Of a DNA stretch of 64,000 nucleotides, positions 42,391-57,057 are shown piece by piece. The DNA lies in assembly GCA_964016885.1 (NCBI GenBank), contig OZ024740.1, forward strand, positions 273,792,001-273,856,000, given 5' to 3'. Both the position numbers and the translations under genes were made by a program. The stretch's first letter is position 1. Each line of letters starts with the position of its first letter. This DNA comes from Eledone cirrhosa. Lineage: Eukaryota. The notes below the pieces were generated by a model, which worked only from the letters and a program-made list of their open reading frames with translations, made no database searches and was not told the origin of the DNA.

Positions 42391-42439
<49 letters not shown>

Positions 42440-42469
42440 TTGAAAAATAAGCCATATATTAATTTATAC

Positions 42470-42517
<48 letters not shown>

Positions 42518-42558
42518 CGATATTAAATAAATGGAAACTATATTTATAAAACCATATT

Positions 42559-42623
42559 TATTTCATTATACATATTTCAGGGATACCAAATTAAAATATG
42601 GCATGCCTTCGTCAGATAAAATA
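42559..42623 (-). ncRNA. Type I hammerhead ribozyme (left arm copy)
   Basis: Exact reverse complement of 42972-43036. Confidence 0.8.
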
Positions 42624-42720
42624 CAATATATAAACAGTTTTATAAATAATTTTGACGTACCCTATTATAAGGGACCATTATTTTTGGAAGCTGTATGGAT
42701 AGACAGCTTCCAAAAATAAT

Positions 42721-42904
42721 TGTTTCTACTTTAGGCACAAGGCCAGCAATTACCCAGTACATTACTGGTACTTTATTTTATCGACCCCGTAAGGATGAAA
42801 GGCAAATTTAACCTCGACGGGATTTGAACTCAGACCGTAAAGGGACGTAACTATGCTGGAAAGCATGGCGTCCGACTCTCTACCGATACTGCCAATCCAC
42901 CGGC
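42721..42904 (-). mobile_element. SINE family A inserted in the palindrome arm, 14-bp TSD
   Basis: CTTCCAAAAATAAT at 42707-42720 and 42905-42918. Confidence 0.92.
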
Positions 42905-42971
42905 CTTCCAAAAATAATGGTCGCTTATAATAGGGTACGTCAAAATTATTTATAAAACTGTTTATATATTG

Positions 42972-43036
42972 TATTTTATCTGACGAAGGCATGCCATATT
43001 TTAATTTGGTATCCCTGAAATATGTATAATGAAATA
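42972..43036 (+). ncRNA. Type I hammerhead ribozyme, core intact
   Basis: Stem I tattttat/atgaaata (8 bp, one GU); CTGACGA; stem II aggcatgcca..tggtatccct; GAAA; short self-complementary stem III tatgta; AUA cleavage triplet (cut after 43028). Confidence 0.8.
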
Positions 43037-43254
43037 AATATGGTTTTATAAATATAGTTTCCATTTATTTAATATCGTATATCTACTCCAAAAACTTGTC
43101 GAGTGCTTTATATCAGTTATAAAATATTTACTTGTTGTATACCAACAATTTTAAATAAAACTTTTGCATATATATTTATATATATATTATAAATTAATAT
43201 ATAGCTTATTTTTCAATGTGTGTGTGTATATATATATATATGTTTGTTTATGGT

Positions 43255-43286
<32 letters not shown>

Positions 43287-43385
43287 ATATATATATATTT
43301 GTTTATGGTTATATATATATATATATTATATATATATGTTTGTTTATGATTATATATATATTATATATATATGTTTGTTTATGAT

Positions 43386-43419
<34 letters not shown>

Positions 43420-43564
43420 CACACACACATTGAAAAATAAGCCATATATTAATTTATACTATATATATAAATATATTTATATTTATTTATATATATATTA
43501 TAAATTAACATATAGCTTATTTTTCAATGTGTGTGTGTACATATATATATATGTTTGTTTATGG

Positions 43565-43590
<26 letters not shown>

Positions 43591-43597
<7 letters not shown>

Positions 43598-44453
43598 AAT
43601 AAGGGCGCTGCGGAGTTGCAAATGGGTTACATATGAAAAAAGTGTGTCCTTCATCAGTGATCTTCCAACCATCATAGGCATTTCATCGCTTTAAAAACCA
43701 TATACCTCCGGTTGGGGCGAGCAACGGCTAAAAAAAGTCGTTGGGACACTTTCTAGCAGTCTCTCTCTCTGTTAGCCTCTTCCTCACCCTTCACTCACTC
43801 ATTCTCTGTCACTACCTCTCCTCCTCCTCTTTCTTCCCGTTTGACCTGTGCGTAATTCTTTTCTCTCGCACGTTCGTCCAAGCTGTCGGAATTTTTTCTC
43901 TCTCTCGTCTGCGATTTCACAGAACTTATGTTTACCGAATTCGCAGACCAGACCCTTTCTTCCTCCCGTTAGACCTGTGCGAAATTCCTTCCTTGCTCAC
44001 ATTTCAACCAGGTTTGATGGTCTTTATTCTCTCGTTCACGATTTCACCGAATTTAAATTCATAAAAATTTGGGACTTGACTCCTTCTTCCTCACTTTCTG
44101 TTGCTTCACCATTTTGTTTGTTTACATTCGCGTCCCCTTTATTTACGTGTCCCAACGACTTTTTTTAGCCGTTGCTCGCACCAACCGGAGGTATATGGTC
44201 TTTAAAGCGATGAAATGCCTATGATGGTTGGAAGATCACTGATGAAGGACAAACTTTTTTCATATGTAACCCATTTGCAACTCCGCAGCGCCCTTATTAT
44301 CATATTTACACATATTTCTTCCACGGCTAATTCTGGAAACGGGATGAGCTCAGCCGTGGGGTCCAACTCGTTCCTATTACCCACTCTACTACCCTAAGTA
44401 TTGAGTACTTTGGTGCGTTATGGTCCACCTGCTTCCTTACCACATTTTCTTCG

Positions 44454-44458
<5 letters not shown>
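43591..44458 (+). mobile_element. Inverted-repeat element (159-bp arms 43591-43749 / 44147-44305) with broken hammerhead and conserved tail, inside (TA)n
   Basis: Near-identical arms; CTGATGA at 44239 and GAAAcgg..tgagctcagccgt at 44336; tail nearly identical to 31550-31628. Confidence 0.8.
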
Positions 44459-44487
<29 letters not shown>

Positions 44488-44491
<4 letters not shown>

Positions 44492-44800
44492 GCACATTAG
44501 TGGTTAGAGCATTGGCCTTGCAATCGAAAGTTTGTGAGTTCAATTCTCAGACCGGGTGATTTATTTCATATTGCTCCAGTTTACGCAGCTGTAGATAGAG
44601 ATGATAGGGACTGGGGTCCATAACATTCCACTGCAAAGTGGTCGTGGAGGTGCCACGGCAAAAAAGCACCCGGCCCACTCTGTAAATGAGATTGGTGTTA
44701 GGAAGGGCATCCAGCTGTAGATATCAAGCCAGAATCAGTTCCCGTCCCACCCTTGCAAGCAGGGAAAAGCGGACGTAAAATGATGATGATGATGATGATG
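44488..44800 (+). mobile_element. SINE family B
   Basis: Matches 39897-40225 with small deletions; (GAT)n tail. Confidence 0.9.
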
Positions 44801-44836
<36 letters not shown>

Positions 44837-44901
44837 TTATATACATATCTATATAATGATATGTATATATATATATATATATCCTTATATACATACATAT
44901 A

Positions 44902-45001
<100 letters not shown>

Positions 45002-45524
45002 TTACATACATACATATATATATATGTATATATATAGAGACATTGAAACATAAGCCATATATTACTTTATACTATGTGTATGTATTACTTTAATCATTAA
45101 GAATGCTTATTACACACTTGTAGTGAAATAGGTCTCAGAATATATGACTCTGTCTGTTAGTGCATTATTAATAATTGCAATTATCAATATATTTTCTTAT
45201 AATTTAGTTGTGTATTCTTTCAATATATTTTCTATCCATTATGAAAGGATTTAATCTTGATTTCTTTTATCCACTCAAAATGTTTTCCAAAATATTTCTT
45301 TTATATTTCTTCAATATTTCTTCTGACATATTTTTAATTGTTTATATTTTATATAATTTCCTTTTTTCAAATTCTTCAAAACAGAATGTGTATGTATTCC
45401 TTTTTAGAATAATTATTTAGTTGTAACAGTGTTTGGTTTATATATGTTCCAGATGTGTTTTCTTTTTATTAATATTATTAATTTGTCATACTGATTTGCC
45501 CCCTCTCTTTTTCTCTCTCTTACC

Positions 45525-45555
<31 letters not shown>

Positions 45556-45600
45556 AATATCTGTTTATAATATTTCTCCCCTTCTCTCTCTATCTCTCTT

Positions 45601-46582
<982 letters not shown>

Positions 46583-49500
46583 ATTCCTATATCTGCCTGT
46601 TTATATATCTATAATTATGCATGTATGTGTGGATTATGTTTACAAATATATAAGCATGTTTGTGTGTATGTATTCATAAATATTTCGTTATGCCTATATT
46701 TTTTTTTATTTTTACATATGTGTATACTCAGTTTGCTTTTTTGTGTATTTTAGAGTGATTTATTTTCACTATTAAATTATTACAAACATACACAATGTTT
46801 ACCTATTTTCAATTTCACTCCTCACTATTATCTATCTCTCTCGCTTATCCTTCTGTCTACAACTATGTTTCATCCTCTTTGTTTTCTATCTCCCTTTCAC
46901 TTCACTCTCTTGTTCTCAGTCTTTCTCAATCTTCTATATTGTTTTCGATTTATGTTGCCCTTCTATATCTTCCTTCTTTATTTCTCTTTGTTTCTCTGCT
47001 AAATATTATCGTCATGTAACATTTCTTTTTTTTTTTTATCCCATTACATTTTTCACTCTTTCTTCTCCCTACACATTTTCCCATAGTTTCTCATCTCCCT
47101 CAATCATTCACTCATGCTGTTCTCTAACATACACTGATTCTGTTTTACTTTATCTTTCCATATTCTTTATCACTCGTTTTCTCTCTATATTCTCCTATGT
47201 CTCTCTTTCTTGGTGTTCTCCTCACTCATCTATTTTCTCATTGTACTTATTCAACTCTCACCCATTTATCTATCCACTCCTTGTCTCTCAATCTAATACT
47301 CTCTTTCATTACATTTTTCTAAATATCCTCCCTTACCACTGTCACTCAACTTCCTATGCTAAACTCTTTTACTCATGTTTACACATCTATTCAAGCAATT
47401 TCTAAAGCACTCATACATTTGGCCAAAATATGCTGTGCTTTGCCCATTGCCAAGTCCATTGAGCAATATTGTTCAAGTATATTGTTCTATAGTTAATTCA
47501 TAATCATAAGAAGATGTATGCATTTCAATGTCTTGCAATGGTATAAGCCAACCCCTATTTTGTCTGAGGAATATTTTAAGTGTCATTTAGAGTATAGTTT
47601 TTGTTTCACAATTGCACTTTCAAACTCTTGTGAAGGCCATATTCATTCAAAACACATAAAATCAATATAAATAATTTTCACCTCCAAAACCTTGTTTTTA
47701 CTTTATAAAACATCAATTTACTACTTTTAATTTAATTACATATTATTTAATTTATCTCTGATGATTTAATGAATAGAGACATAATGTGATGGAGTGAATA
47801 GGAAAAAGTAATCCTATCCAGCTCTCGTAGATGATTACACAACAGCAATGAAACATGTGTTAGGTATATAAGCAATGAATCTTTTTTCATATCTCTAACA
47901 ACCAAACAAAAAAAAAATAGGAGGAGTAAATTTCACCTCCAAAGCGATTGATTTCCAATGTAAGCTGACCCCCATTTTACTATTGAATATTTTGATCACA
48001 CATTTCTCTGCTTATATATGAGTATATATGGTTATTTGTTTATTAATCAGAAAGGGAATTGAGTAGACTCATAACGTTTTAAGTATCTCCTAAACTGGTG
48101 AGATTGATGCAAATTGGTGATTAGTTTAAATTGTTATGTTCATAGCATATCTGAGAAGTGTAACCCCAAAAAGAAAAGATCAAGCAGTGATTAGTGTGTG
48201 ATCTGAAGGATGCAACACAATACATATGATCAGAAAATATAAGATCTTTACAACAAGTTGTCCACAATATATGAGTTCAGGAGAGAAGAAGCTTTCAGTA
48301 GCAGTAAATAAGTTAAGGAATAGACATGGCACATTTATATACTGGTGTTTGTAATGCCTTAACATTCTTTTGGGGGTGATCTATATTTGTTTATGGTTAT
48401 AACCTCAACCCTATAACACCTCAAAAGGATTTCTTGTCATATTTATTTTGAGTTCAAATCCTCCCATAGTCAACATTGACTTTCATCCTTACAGTGTCAA
48501 TAAAAGTATTAGTAGATTCCTGGCTCAAATCTCCCCATTCTCTCTCTGACTCTGTCAGTCTTTATGTCTATCTCACTTTTTCTTGGAATTGGTTAATACC
48601 ACTATGAGAAGAGTCCTGAAGGACCACAGTCAGTATTTCTTTCTCCAGTAATGGAAAAGATCTAAATGGTGTACTCTGAGAAAAGTTTGCCTGTTATTTG
48701 GGGAAGTGTGAAATACCTACATAAAGAATCTTTCATTGGCTCAATCTGGCTATTATTTCTAGCAATTGAGCAATTAAGTAGAATTTCTGTAATAAATGGT
48801 TCAAATATTTTTCAGATATTGTGTAGATATGTTTTAATAATATATCAATGGTATTTTATTTATATTTCCATGCTAGTATATATATATGGTATCAAACTCA
48901 TGTTTACATTTATATCTAAGTCTATTTCACAAACCACTAAGTTATGTGACATAACACACAGTACTGCTTGTTAAGCAATATAAATATAAACAAAACTCAG
49001 TTGAATACACATATTTAAGAGGCTTAGCTAACATATTATGGGTATCTGCTCAGTTTCAATCTTCTAAATTTCCTTGAAAAATATCTATCATCATGAAGCT
49101 ATAGTTGGAGACAATTGCTTAATGAGTCACATGGTTACAAAGCAAACTATTTAACCCCATGGCCATGCCTGCACCTAAACAATCCCATATTGTCTATGCC
49201 AACAAATATTGTATATTGTCGCTTATTGTTCTATTCCTCCTATAGTATACTGCTGTATCAAAACTAACCTTCATATCTGATGGCAATACTGTTATACACC
49301 ATCTGTGACCCATTCTCTTCTGATTTTCAGAGTACTTTGTTTATTTCAACCATGTAAATTTACAGTAAAGCTTCACTTCTGTTGATGAAATAATATGAAA
49401 CTTGTCCATACCTGCACTTGTTATCTGTACTTGCTGCAATAATGAATGAAATCATATGAGCTAATATTGATTTTTTTTTTTTTTTTTTTGTTATTGCATT

Positions 49501-52221
49501 AAATATGCTGGCAAAGATGAGATGATCCTAATGATGAAAGCTTGAACTAAATTATGAAATATGGTAAACACATTACAAAGGTCTTTATCTTCATATCAAT
49601 TGTGGTGTATCAGTAAAGCTGAACTGATCAAATATATACAATATATTGGTTTATCTGATGACATGTTAAAAGTTGAAATTGTTGCAAGCAGTTTCTAGCA
49701 TTTCTGAGCAAAACACTTGTTATTCGACATTGTCTCTATCCACCAAAACTTTGTAAAATAAGTACTATGTGGTTAGAATATCATAAAGAAATGTTTTGTG
49801 GTATTTATTGTCTCTCTCTCTGTGGACTGAGTTCAAAGTCGATAAAATATAATACCAATCTAGGTGCAGTGGGTCATCAGAATTGTCTTGTGATATATGT
49901 TTCTGCTCTGTGCATTCTGAGTTCAAATTCTGTCACAGGAAAAGTAGTCCTGCTTGTGCCAGCTGTTGCAACAGACATATTTAATCAGTAATGGAATAGC
50001 CAATGGAAACAATTCTTTTGGACAAGTCGGAATAATTGGATTTTTGCTTTCTTTTAATAATATATGAAAATGTTTGAGGTAGATTGTGTTTAGAAATTTC
50101 GGCATTTCACTAACCAACAAATCAATGATTAAGAAGAGTCATCTTTGAAGGAATGAATATATCAAAATTGTACTAAATGAATAAAACAAAAGAGTGCTAT
50201 GAACTATGAACCTAATGAGTCTTTATTCCATATTTTAGAAATTCTTTCAAAGTTCTATGAATTTTTACATATTTAAAAAAATAAATTTTGTAAGTAAAAT
50301 GTATTTAATATTGTTTATTAAAACGTTTCATTGAAATAATGGTGTTAATTAATACTTTGACATCAGTGGTAGATTTGTTAATCTGTGATTTGTTGATTGG
50401 GAAAATGCCATTGGTGAGCCATTGATGGATTTCTGTTGATGATTTTGTCTCTAACACTAGTAAAGCTGGTACTCTATCCGGTTAGAAGATTTATCTCTCG
50501 TGCACTTTACACTATATGATCAGTGTCAAGTTCTAACACTTAAAAGCCACCTGTGGTTTTGGAGATATTTAAATTTACATTATCTGCATATGGAGTAGAA
50601 GTTAAAATTTGCTGTAAGCTTTTTATCACATTCTTGAGCAGAACATTTCAATTCTACTACATTATATTTGTTACTCTTGTTGTCTGGAAATAGTTGCTGT
50701 TTATTTTAGCAATGATACCTGCAATGCACCAGGTGTTTTATCTAACTTTAGAGAGATTTATCTCTCACTATCTTTAAAGTTTGTCATCACAGATTCTTAA
50801 ATGTTTTAATGAGGGAACATCCTCATATTTGCTCGACCTGCTAATAAAAGCAGCTAAATGTCACTCAAATTACACTCCACCATCTTATAAAATGGAACTC
50901 ATTAGGTAATGTTTTTCTGGATTTCCTGTATATAAGGAAAATATGGGATAGTCATAATGAGTATGCCTTTGATCATAGGGTGCTTTGAACAGGGCTGAAC
51001 AACAATAACCACAACAATGATTAATCAGTGAGTGTGTCTATACAAGATCACTCAACCAGCTACAAACAACTAAATCTCTCTCCAAACAGAGACTTCTGCC
51101 TTAAGAAAGCAGCACCCTGGATAATATATTTATGATCTCCCTGAACATAGGACAAATAAAATAGTCACAAATGGAATGCCTTTCTTCATAGGTACACTTT
51201 GTCAGCTTTGCTTTGGGGCTAAAAAAATGACACATGATGCTTAAAGAATTTGAATGTTAACAGGGATGAATTACACAATAGAGATAGCATAATATATCTG
51301 GGCGGTGACTCTGAATCTCGAGCAAATCAGCACTTCATGTCAGAGTATTTAGTATGCCTCCTGGTAAGGTACACTTGAAAAGAAAGGACACCTGGATCAG
51401 AGCTCATTATTCAGTTTCATGCCTCTATGCTGTAGGACCCTTACAATCATCAAGGGTTTTGAATGCAAACTACACTGTACTATATAACATGTTACTATTA
51501 TTGTTTAGTCCTCATCCCTACCTCATGTCTACTCTGATGAAGCAGACTTATGATCAAATTATTAGTCATGACCATCTAACCATATTTTCAGACATTGTAT
51601 CCAGAATTACCTTAGGTAACATGTTTTTTTATAATGATGCACTATGAAGGAAAATTTGGCTGTTATTTGTAAAAGGTTCAGTGACCAAGTTGAGACTACT
51701 TTTATGGCTTGACATAGTACTTTTCTTATTGCTATATTACATTAGGTTGATGGTAACAGTCAAACAAAACAACAGTTTAAGAGTTAATTGTTAAGCCTGT
51801 TGTTACTATATTTTAAATAACAACAATGGCTATTGTATTAAAACACTAAGTGAAACACTTCTGTTTATTGATTTTAAAAAACACATTCTTCTTGCATCTT
51901 CATCTTTATTTTTCCACTAGAGTTCCATCTTCTTGCGTTGTTTCTTGTTTATTTTTTTAATCCTAAAAAAATTTGAGCCAAAGTTTACACCTGCTGCTAT
52001 TACAAAATACAACAAGGGATTCCCAGCTGCATTGAAAACAGTTTATAGTGTCATTTATTATTATCATCATTATTATTGTTGTTGTTGTTGATGTTGTTGT
52101 TGTTATTTCAAATTGTTACATGGAGAAATATTGCGATTATTTGTGTGAAAGAAAGATGGTGACAAGGATAATAATTTTTTTATGATAGTAATTGGAATCA
52201 TTATGTATAGATTATGTATAT

Positions 52222-52410
52222 AGGGCGGTGGATTGGCAGGATCAGTAGAGGGTCGGACGCCAAGCTTTCCAGCATAGTTACGTCCCTTTACAATCTGAGT
52301 TCAAATCCCGTCGAGGTTGACTTTGCCTTTCATCCTTACGGGGTCGATAAAATAAAATACCAGTAATGCACTGGGTAATTGCTGGCCTTGTGCCTAAAGT
52401 AGAAACAATT
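52222..52410 (+). mobile_element. SINE family A with TSD ATTATGTATA
   Basis: Full-length copy; repeat at 52211-52220 and 52408-52417. Confidence 0.9.
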
Positions 52411-52424
52411 ATGTATACAGTGAT

Positions 52425-54249
52425 GCAGCATTATCGTTAACTGTTATAAGGGTAAAGGAGATGCCCTAGATAGGAGTAACTATAGAGGCATTAAATTAAT
52501 CGACCAGGTCATGAAGGTCACGGAAAAAGTTATAGCGCAACTAATCAGAGAGCGAATTGATCTAGATGAAATGCAGTTCGGGTTTGTGTCAGGAAAAAGT
52601 ACCACAGACGCTCTTTTCATTGTACGACAACTACAGGAGAAGTACCTAGCTAAAAGTAAACCCCTATACTTAGCTTTCGTCGACTTGGAGAAGGCCTTCG
52701 ACAGAGTCCCCCGTTCCATTATCTGGTGGGCTCTTAGAAAACTAGGTGTTGATGAATGGCTTGTGAGAGCTATACAAGCCATGTATAAAGAAACAGTTAG
52801 CAAGGTTAGAATTAACAACGAATATAGTGAAGAGTTTAGTGTAAAAGTTGGTGTTCATCAGGGCTCTGTTCTTAGCCCCCTACTATTTATTATTGCCCTC
52901 CAGGCTATAACAGTGGAGTTCAAGACCGGCTGCCCATGGGAACTCCTATACGCAGATAATCTAACGCTCATAGCTGAATCAATGGCCGAGCTAGAGAAGA
53001 AATTCCAAACATGGAAGCACGGCCTAGAATCAAAAGGCCTTAAAATTAACCTAGCTAAGACTAAAGTTCTAGTTTGTAAGAAAGAAAATAAGGCGGCGCT
53101 CCCCTCCGGGAAGTGGCCATGCGCAGAGTGTAGGAAAAGCGTAGGTAGAAATTCCATTTTGTGTCCCAAATGCAAAGTTTGGGTGCATAAAAGATGTAGT
53201 GGGATCACAGGTAAGCTAACTAAGAACATAGATTTTACATGTGGCCGGTGTTCTGGGGATATAAGTAGCAGAAGTGCCCACAAAATACTAGCTCTTTCAA
53301 CTGCGCAGAGGATTCTATAGAAATAGTGGACACCCGTTACCTGGGTGACAAAATCAGCAGTGGGGGAGGGTGCTCTGAAAGTACAGTAGCTAGAGTCAGA
53401 ACTGGGTGGAAAAAGTTCAGAGAGCTTATACCACTATTAGCCGCTAAAGGGTTCTCCCTAAAAATGAAAGGCAGGCTGTACGATGCCTGCATACGAACAG
53501 CAATGTTGCATGGCAGTGAGACCTGGGCATTGTGTGCAGAGGATATACGCAGACTAGAGAGAAACGAAGCATGCATGCTCCGCTGGATGTGTAATAGTAA
53601 TATACGTGAACGACAAAGCATAAACGAACTAAGGAAAAAATTAGAAATAAGAGGGATCAGATGTTGTTTACTAGAGAGAAGGCTAGGTTGGTATGGTCAC
53701 GTGATGCGCACGAAGGATGATAGCTGTATAACAAAGTGCAGGGCAATAAAGATAGATGGTAGCCACGGAATAGGCAGACCCAGAAAAACCTGGGACGAGC
53801 TGATAAACACCGACCTCACACACTTACACCTCACCAAGACAATGTCACTGGACCGAGACCTTTGGCGGTACTCAGTAATAGAGAAGAGCCGCCTTGCCAG
53901 TAGGCATCTCTAACAAAATACACCACGTCCCACCACCACAACCCCCACCCCATCCACACCACCCCGTTCTATGTAAAGTTATGTTGGTGCCGCGCCATCC
54001 AGGCCGAAACAAATGAGATCGTGTAGGTGTCGCGACAAAAAAACACACAGTCCACGCTGTAATGTGGCCGTGTAGGCAACACGGTAAAAACCTCCCAGAC
54101 CCACACTGTAAATGTGGTTGGTTTTAGGAAGGGCATCCAACTGTAGAAAACCTGCCAGACAGTCCTATGCGAGCAAGAAAATCACTCTTGCCTCAAGTGG
54201 GACTACCCCCGTCCAAACCCATGCAAGCGTGGAACACGGACGTTAAACG

Positions 54250-54279
<30 letters not shown>
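52425..54279 (+). mobile_element. RTE-clade LINE, 5'-truncated, with complete 3'UTR
   Basis: CYKGKGDALDRSNYRGIKL, FVDLEKAFDRV, GVHQGSVLSPLLF, YADN, PHD-like finger, LHGSETW, GRPRKTW; 3'UTR ending ggacgttaaacg(ttg)(atg)n. Confidence 0.93.
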
Positions 54280-54280
<1 letters not shown>

Positions 54281-54838
54281 TAAATATTTACTATTTTATG
54301 TATTACAGTTTATGATGTGGATAATAATGAGAAGAATTATGATGCTTTTAACATTGATTGTGTTAGTGTTCAGTCAATGCCAGCCTGGCAAAATGGATGG
54401 GAAACTGATGATGATAATCATTGTCCTAATAGTGTTGATTTGAGTTGCTGCTTTTGTTTTTTGGTGTTAGAAGTGATGGGTGTATCACCATGTCATTTTA
54501 CCAGCCATAGTTCCTTCAGGACCACATTATCAAATCATTTCTTCCCTTTAAATATTATTTGTGCACATCAGCACCTCAGTCCACCTTCTGTATACCATTT
54601 ATTACAGAAACAGATATAAATTCCTACCTCTGGTAATATGTTCCTATCCATGTCTATGCTTAAATTCACCCAGTTGTGCATATGCCTACATACATATTTG
54701 TGTATGTACATGTGTATGTGCATGCTTGTGTGTGTGTGTATATATATATATATATAAAGTATATATGTATATGTTACACATACACACAGGCACACACACT
54801 ACACACACACACACACATATATATATATACATATATAT

Positions 54839-55224
54839 GAAGGCGCATGGCTTAGTGGTTAGAGCATTGGGCTTGCAAACAAAAGGTTGTGAGTTCAATT
54901 CTCAGACCGGGTGATGTGTTGTTTCCTTGAGCAAGACACTTTATTTCACATTGCTCCAGTTTACTCAGCTGTAGAAATGAGATGATTGGACTAGGGTCCC
55001 TATCATTCCACTGCAAAGTGGTCGTGGAAGTGCCACGGCAAAAAAGCACCCAGCCCACATTGTAAAGTGGACTTGTAGGCGCCACGGATAAAAGCACCCA
55101 GCACTCACTGTAAATGAGGTTGGTGTTAGGAAGGATATCCAGCTGTAGAAATGAAGCCAGAATCAGTTCCCGTCCCACCCTTGCAAGCAGGGAAAAGCGG
55201 ACGTAAAATGATGATGTGATGATG
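54839..55224 (+). mobile_element. SINE family B with internal tandem unit
   Basis: Full length; aaagtgg..gccacgg.aaaa.gcacccagc occurs twice. Confidence 0.9.
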
Positions 55225-56749
55225 ATATATATCTATATATATATATATATATATACAATATACAGAAAAATGAAGCAATAGGTAAAACTTTAAAACACTG
55301 TCACTTTTCTCATCCAAAAGTCAATTTTACACTCTATGCCCCAGTATTGAGTGCTCAGTTAGCTAATGTTTGAATGTTTACATCCAGCTGATCTTGTGAT
55401 GAGAAGGCCATCTATGCATAGAAACCATGCCATATATGGAACATAATGAACAAGATTGGTCACTCTGAGTCCTTCTTATCTCAAGCCCAGACAATCTGAC
55501 CAACCCATGTTAGAAGGAAATGAGGACATAAAAGGATGATGTTGATGTGTGTGAATGTATAAGTATGTATATATATATATTTATGTATATGTGTTTATGA
55601 GCATGCATATACTTCTATAAACCTATGTATATATTTATATATATATATATATATATAGGTCTAACTTGTGCTAGTGGAGTAAAATTGTTGTTAAATGGGG
55701 ATGAAGATGATGATATGTATATAGGTGTTCTACCTATCACTTACCACAAACCACAGATTAGCAGCTTTTTGCATGATAACTTTTTTTCTTTTAAACTTTG
55801 CATGGGTGTCCAATTCTATCGTCACCCCATTTTTCCAGAGACATAAGACAAGATTTCAACTATGAATGCTTAGAGTCAAAACAGATAACCTGCGCATCCT
55901 GTCTGATGCACTAACAAATCTACCCATGTACCACTCTGAACTATTAATTTCATAAATTCCAAAAAGATGAAAGGCAAATTTGACTTTAGTTGGATTTGAA
56001 CTCAGAGTACACAATGCTGGAATAAATGATGTAAGATTTATAACCCGATGATTCTGCTAATTTTCCATTCATGCCAATCCATACAGAAAAACTTTGTCTC
56101 CTCTTGATAATAAAGTTAAGTTTACAAATAGAGATTTTTTTAATAATTACAATACTACCTACCGACACAGACACTACAAAAATAACTGATCCTTTAATTC
56201 CATTCAAATTTATTTTTATGAAAACAATTTCATATACTCACCAGTATATACACACACAAACATGCATTATGCCCTCACAAAGCCATACAAAACAATGGCT
56301 ATAAATAAACCACCCAAACACACCATATGACTCTGTGTCTATGCCACCTGCTATAAATACAAACTCCAATTTGTAAAATTTCACAGTCTAAGAATTACTA
56401 TCAAAGATGAAACTACTAGACTCTGTAATAAAGCTTTAATTTTCACAATACACACAATAAAGCTTTCTCTATTATTGTAGTGAGGCTTCTCTTTCTCAGA
56501 GACTCTAGTAATTAGTACACTTTATTTATATTCTTTTACTGACTTCAATCTTTGGACAGCAGCCATTAATTCAGAGCTCAGTGAGCAGTACAAATACCAG
56601 AAAGCCTTGTCTGATGTTCCAACAACCTGACCAATTTGCTGATTAAACAGATAGACAGACACACAGACAGATAAATATGTAAGTGAATAGATAGATAGGT
56701 ATTATGCTGTACGACTGAAAATGATAAATGTGTCTGCATTATATGCATA

Positions 56750-56811
56750 CATAAAGTACCAGTAATACACTGGGATAATTGCTGGCCTTGTGCCAAAAGT
56801 AGAAACAATTA
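56750..56811 (+). mobile_element. SINE A 3' fragment
   Basis: ataaagtaccagtaatacactggg..agtagaaacaatt, flanked by attatatgcataca repeats. Confidence 0.8.
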
Positions 56812-57004
56812 TATGCATACATGGTCATCTTTCAATTCTACTGTAGATGGAATCAGAAATGTCATCATACATTCAATAAGGCAATCCTCTCATTATAACC
56901 AGAACATAAATGTCAACAACCTCTCTCTCTCTATCATTTTTTTTATTAAAAAAAATAATTCTGGAGTAACACTTCAGTTACCTTGTCTTATTCCATTCCT
57001 TGTA

Positions 57005-57057
<53 letters not shown>

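Larger units (their letters stand above)
42514..43170. mobile_element. Fold-back element (arms about 180 bp, 8-nt loop) with hammerhead in each arm and a unique 3' tail
   Basis: 42514-42694 mirrored by 42703-43081 once the SINE is removed; tail tctact..cgagtgcttt; both ends in (TA)n. Confidence 0.85.
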
